64,000 bases of DNA from Octopus vulgaris. Taxonomy: Eukaryota. Each line of letters begins with the position of its first letter. The stretch's first letter is position 1. The translations under genes and the position numbers were made by a program. Below are positions 59,039 through 64,000 of the stretch, one piece after another. Where the stretch lies: assembly GCA_951406725.2 (NCBI GenBank), contig OX597832.1:14322001-14386000 (forward strand). Reading direction: 5' to 3'. A model generated the notes under the pieces. That model saw only the letters and a list, made by a program, of their open reading frames with translations. It was not told the DNA's origin and made no database searches.

Positions 59039-62000
59039 TCATATGTTGTGGTGTGCGCTATTGCTCCATTCTAGTTTTCTATTCAGGCTAGGTTTATTTT
59101 CTATTATATGTGTAGCTTCTGTAATTTGTCTAATTGTTGCATCTGTTCTATGTGTGGACAATATCTTAATCTCTATGTTATTGATTGATCCCCCGTGTTC
59201 TTGTTCGGCGTGTTGGTACAGAATCGATGAGCTTTTACCTTCCTTGAGTTGTCTCCAATGTTCATTCACCCGCTCACCAATGCTTCTTGCAGTTTCCCCT
59301 ACGTATGTTACTGTCTTGTTACTGCATCGTCCCTCTATACATCTTATACTATAGACCACATTTCTGGCTTTACAGTTCGTTTGTGGGCTAAATCTACATA
59401 CAGTGCAATAGTTATCCGTACAGAGAGTTCTACTAAAAGGATAGGTTCTACCAATTATAGATCTGATAGGGTTGCCTGGCTTTTCAACAACCTTAATTCT
59501 TAGTTTAAGTTTATCTAGGGTCCTTCTAAAGCGGTACGCTAGTTCACCTCCAGGGGTGGTGTCAACGAACATGACACTCTGGTATTTATGGCTATCATAC
59601 CAAGAGTTGGCCTTCCTTATTTTCTTTTTTGTCCTTTCTATAGTGTTCCATGACTTGTTCCTATAGAGTGGGCAAATCCCATTCCTATCATTACATAATA
59701 TATTATCAAATTTCTTCATGGCTCCTTTGTATATTCTGATCCTTTCTTTATGGCTGTAACCTGAGAACTGCATGCGGTGAATGAAATACTGTATGTGTCT
59801 CTTTAATTCTGTAGGCTCGCACATGCGTGACACATTTCTCATTATTCTGACGAGGTCTGCCATCAAAATATTGAATTTGGCATTGCCCGCAATGGCTGAG
59901 TTCCGGTGGATCAGGTATTTTGAGGCCATAGGTTTTGCATAGTATGAATGAAGGATTTGGGTTTTATTTTTCACAATTTCTAGCCAGAGTTCAGTGTCTA
60001 GTACTGGTAGTCTATGGTTGGGGTGTTTAGTGGGGTAGTCTATTGTGACCTTAATACTCTGGTGGATGGAGTTAGCTATTTGCTGGATGCTCTCCATAGT
60101 ATTAGTTTCTATTACTATATCAACCGTACTCTCTTGTGGGGGTGCCTTTACTACTATATTGATATCATCAACATAGCGAGAGTACATGTTTACGAGTATG
60201 GATTTCTGCAGTAGGCATTCTTTAAGCCTTCTGTCCCACCATACCATGAAGAGGTTGGCCACATCACCAGCGATACTAACACCGATGGCTGCCCCCTCGT
60301 CCTGGGCATATATTTTATTATTAAATTTAAATGTGTGGCCTTTTAGGGTAACTCTTATACTAGCTCCTAGTGCATGTGCGATCATTTTCTTTACCTGATG
60401 GACATTTGCGGGGCTCCGTATGGCTCTGGTCCATCCGCGCCATCTTTCTATATGTGTCTTCCTAGCCATAGAAGTAATTGTAGGCGGTCTACCTCTTAAA
60501 CATCTACTGGGGCAGAAACTACTAAGATTATGTTTATCTAAGTATTCACTATTATATGTCAGTCTAAGTAGGAGGCCCAGTTCTTCTGTGTCGACATTAC
60601 AGAACTCCACCTGGCTCTCGTTGATCATCTCCACGCACTTCTCCACTGCAAAATCTACGTCAATCGATGGGTATAGGGATACCACATCCATGCTACCTAC
60701 TATACATCCTGTCAAGTCACAAGTTTTGTTACAGTCACTGATCCTGCTTAGGAGATCTTCTGTGCTGTCACATACATCAGGTGACATCCTGATTATAGGG
60801 CGTATGATCATTGAGAGGAAGTAGGAGATTCTGTAATTGCTAGCGATATTCGCTCCACAGACTGGTCTTGTTGGTGGTCCTGCTATAGGGTCAGTAAAAC
60901 CTTTATGGTCCTTGCGAAGTCCATACAGTGCCGGGATATCATTGTTCCAGGCTTGGAAATTCTTTGCAGTACGTTTCTGAGGTCCCAGAACAATTGTCCA
61001 CATCATCATGTGGGCATTGAGGACCTTTTCTCTCTCCTCATGCGCCTGTACAGTTGTTACTTTTGTATTGGCGATATGAGGTTGCATTGCCTGGATGTAG
61101 TTCGGTAAGCTGTCTATTGACATCCTGCCTGACTTATCCGTGGGAAGGCATATCACCTCTCCGTTCCTCGTGCGCTGAATGAGCTTCTGTAGGCCACATG
61201 CAGGTTTAATCCCTAGTTGTTGGGCATCTGTCTTATTCTGTCTCTGTCTCTTAATGTATAAACCTAAAATCTGTCTAAGTTTGGTCCTAGCTATAGTGAA
61301 CTGTGCTTCCATGTGGTCATTAGTACGTCTTGGGATGTATACCCTTTTGTTGAAGGGTAATGTTGTTGGATAAATTCGGTTCATGCAGTAAGTTTTGTCG
61401 CATACGTTGAAGAATTGAGTGTCAAAGGGATGGGTATACATGTCAATGGTCTCTCTAGGGTTATCTTCATTATCGTTACTGTTTCCAACATCAGCCTTCC
61501 TATTATTATTATCACCATTACCACTACTACTACTACTACTAGTATTCCTATTACCACCACAACTATCACTACTATCCTCATTACTACTTCTACTGTTACC
61601 ATCACCACTACTACTACCACTATTATTGTTATTACCTTTATTCCTACCATTGCCATTATTACTATCATCGCTAGTGATATATTCATTGTTCCTGTTTCTG
61701 GTGTATGTGTTGTTTATATTAGTGTTGGGTTTTATGTCTGTCTGTTGGTCCCTGTCAATCCCCTTGTTGCGGTCGTTATTTTTGTTCCTATGAATATTGT
61801 TATCTGTTTCAAGTCCGCTGACTCCCTGTCCAAGGATCCTGTTGCATTCAACTTTATTCTCCATCGTGACCCCTATGACACAACTTTTATTCGTGTTTTT
61901 GTGACTATGGCTATCTGTGTGTGTGTTTGTGTGTCGGTTCTCCCTATAATTGTTGTTGTTGTTGCTGTTGTATACGATTTTTCTCTCTCTGTTTGTGTTT

Positions 62001-62239
62001 TTGTTTTTGTATCTATTGTTTGTGTCTATGCATACATTTTTTCTATTGTTATTGTTGTTGTCGCTGTTAGGGTTCGTGTTGTTGTTGTTGTTGCCGCTGT
62101 TAGGGTTCGTGTTGCTTTTGTTGCTACGGTTGTTATTGTTGCGGTCATTATTGTTTGTGTTGTTGTTGCTGCGGTTAGTGTTTTTCGCGTTGTTGTTGTT
62201 GTCGCAAGTGTTGTTGTCATAGTATCTATTTAAATTCAT
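59039..62239 (-). CDS. PLE ORF copy 3, 5'-truncated (lacks the first ~240 aa; RT and endonuclease open)
   Basis: Matches copy 1 from NLNRYYD onward, with two substitutions noted; its Met is created by the junction with copied flank DNA. Confidence 0.8.
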   Translation of the reverse strand: MNLNRYYDNNTCDNNNNAKNTNRSNNNTNNNDRNNNNRSNKSNTNPNSGNNNNNTNPNSDNNNNNRKNVCIDTNNRYKNKNTNRERKIVYNSNNNNNYRENRHTNTHTDSHSHKNTNKSCVIGVTMENKVECNRILGQGVSGLETDNNIHRNKNNDRNKGIDRDQQTDIKPNTNINNTYTRNRNNEYITSDDSNNGNGRNKGNNNNSGSSSGDGNSRSSNEDSSDSCGGNRNTSSSSSSGNGDNNNRKADVGNSNDNEDNPRETIDMYTHPFDTQFFNVCDKTYCMNRIYPTTLPFNKRVYIPRRTNDHMEAQFTIARTKLRQILGLYIKRQRQNKTDAQQLGIKPACGLQKLIQRTRNGEVICLPTDKSGRMSIDSLPNYIQAMQPHIANTKVTTVQAHEEREKVLNAHMMMWTIVLGPQKRTAKNFQAWNNDIPALYGLRKDHKGFTDPIAGPPTRPVCGANIASNYRISYFLSMIIRPIIRMSPDVCDSTEDLLSRISDCNKTCDLTGCIVGSMDVVSLYPSIDVDFAVEKCVEMINESQVEFCNVDTEELGLLLRLTYNSEYLDKHNLSSFCPSRCLRGRPPTITSMARKTHIERWRGWTRAIRSPANVHQVKKMIAHALGASIRVTLKGHTFKFNNKIYAQDEGAAIGVSIAGDVANLFMVWWDRRLKECLLQKSILVNMYSRYVDDINIVVKAPPQESTVDIVIETNTMESIQQIANSIHQSIKVTIDYPTKHPNHRLPVLDTELWLEIVKNKTQILHSYYAKPMASKYLIHRNSAIAGNAKFNILMADLVRIMRNVSRMCEPTELKRHIQYFIHRMQFSGYSHKERIRIYKGAMKKFDNILCNDRNGICPLYRNKSWNTIERTKKKIRKANSWYDSHKYQSVMFVDTTPGGELAYRFRRTLDKLKLRIKVVEKPGNPIRSIIGRTYPFSRTLCTDNYCTVCRFSPQTNCKARNVVYSIRCIEGRCSNKTVTYVGETARSIGERVNEHWRQLKEGKSSSILYQHAEQEHGGSINNIEIKILSTHRTDATIRQITEATHIIENKPSLNRKLEWSNSAHHNI

Positions 62240-62583
62240 ATGTAGACATGGTCATTCACACACACACAAACACACACATACAAAAACACACACATTACAT
62301 AAAGATACACCCACGCAGACACACTCACACACGCATAAAAACACGCACGCTGCAGTATGAGTATGAGGGTATTTACATGAATGTATGTATATACTGATAA
62401 ACGTATCTATTTAAATTCATATGTAGACATGGTCATTCACACACACACAAACACACACATACAAAAACACACACATTACATAAAGATACACCCACGCAGA
62501 CACACTCACACACGCATAAAAACACGCACGCTGCAGTATGAGTATGAGGGTATTTACATGAATGTATGTATATACTGATAAAC
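62222..62583 (+). repeat. 181-bp tandem duplication spanning the PLE/flank-copy junction
   Basis: GTATCTATTTAAATTCATATG starts at both 62222 and 62403. Confidence 0.9.
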
Positions 62584-62636
62584 GTGTGCAAGCCTGTGCA
62601 TAAGTGTAGCTATGGAGGTGTATATATATGGAGTAC

Positions 62637-63228
62637 GAATAGAAAACTAGAATGGAGCAATAGCGCACACCACAACATATGACAATAGTGGATCCTGCAA
62701 ACATAATAAATACACAGGTAATTAAAGAAATAGAAATGAATATCTATGTGTATGTATATGTGTATATATATGTATATGTATATGTGTATATATGTGTGTA
62801 TATATGTATATATATATATGTATATGTATGTGTATGTATATATATATATATATGTATATGTATATTCCTTTTTTTTTTTTTTTTTTCTCGATTAGATTTA
62901 TTATTATTATTACTAATATTGTTGTTATACATACATACAAGCATATGTAATGATAATAATGGGTGGATGTAAACACATGAACAAAATTAGAACAAAAGCA
63001 ACAACAACAAAAACAAAATACAAATTACAAGAATGTATATAACCAGAAGATACAAATATTACAGACATCCCCCCCACACACTAAACAAACATAGACGCAC
63101 ATAGAGATATAAGCATGCGCAAATGAAGACATACAATAGAAATACAAAATGGCTGACGTTTAGTAAGGAGAGACACAAGTAAGTGAGAAGAAAACAAAGG
63201 ACCACTGATGCGGTCACAGGAGTGTGAC
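62637..63228 (+). mobile_element. Inverted PLE segment: ORF 3' tip plus partial pseudo-LTR
   Basis: Reverse complement of ~49319-49912. Confidence 0.92.
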
Positions 63229-64000
63229 TACCCCACTAAACACCCCAACCATAGACTACCAGTACTAGACACTGAACTCTGGCTAGAAATTGTGAAAAAT
63301 AAAACCCAAATCCTTCATTCATACTATGCAAAACCTATGGCCTCAAAATACCTGATCCACCGGAACTCAGCTATTGCGGGCAATGCCAAATTCAATATTT
63401 TGATGGCAGACCTCGTCAGAATAATGAGAAATGTGTCACGCATGTGCGAGCCTACAGAATTAAAGAGACACATACAGTATTTCATTCACCGCATGCAGTT
63501 CTCAGGTTACAGCCATAAAGAAAGGATCAGAGTATACAAAGGAGCCATGAAGAAATTTGATAATATATTATGTAATGATAGGAATGGGATTTGCCCACTC
63601 TATAGGAACAAGTCATGGAACACTATAGAAAGGACAAAAAAGAAAATAAGGAAGGCCAACTCTTGGTATGATAGCCATAAATACCAGAGTGTCATGTTCG
63701 TTGACACCACCCCTGGAGGTGAACTAGCGTACCGCTTTAGAAGGACCCTAGATAAACTTAAACTAAGAATTAAGGTTGTTGAAAAGCCAGGCAACCCTAT
63801 CAGATCTATAATTGGTAGAACCTATCCTTTTAGTAGAACTCTCTGTACGGATAACTATTGCACTGTATGTAGATTTAGCCCACAAACGAACTGTAAAGCC
63901 AGAAATGTGGTCTATAGTATAAGATGTATAGAGGGACGATGCAGTAACAAGACAGTAACATACGTAGGGGAAACTGCAAGAAGCATTGGTGAGCGGGTGA
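63226..64000 (+). mobile_element. Inverted PLE segment: RT thumb to GIY-YIG coding region, running off the window
   Basis: Reads [15 protein letters not shown]...[13 protein letters not shown]; reverse complement of ~50095-50869. Confidence 0.92.

Larger units (their letters stand above)
49126..62237 (-). mobile_element. Tandem array of a Penelope-like retroelement (unit ~4585 bp; ~2.85 units)
   Basis: ORF stops at 49868, 54455 and 59039 (periods 4587 and 4584); units nearly identical; the 3' end runs ~80 nt into the next ORF start and abuts a (TA)n tract; 5'-truncated at 62237. Confidence 0.95.

Overview
AT-rich, microsatellite-dense animal DNA, most likely Octopus/cephalopod (inferred from the tRNA-derived SINE families and the abundance of simple repeats). 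No host protein-coding exon can be supported. The main feature is a very young tandem array of a Penelope-like retroelement (PLE; reverse transcriptase plus C-terminal GIY-YIG endonuclease) at ~49.1-62.2 kb on the minus strand. It holds one intact 1308-aa ORF, one frameshifted copy and one 5'-truncated copy. The array is joined head-to-head to plus-strand PLE segments through a filler copied from its own left flank. Two unrelated non-coding fold-back elements (~20.1-20.8 kb and ~26.9-27.6 kb) each carry a pair of divergently oriented type I hammerhead ribozymes and show the same head-to-head layout; the 20.5 kb ribozyme has a canonical core and an unusually large, structured loop 2. The rest of the window is decayed Tc1/mariner copies, stacked R4/Dong-type non-LTR remnants in (TAA)n tracts, SINEs and simple repeats. 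All alignments and RNA folds were done by eye and need computational confirmation.
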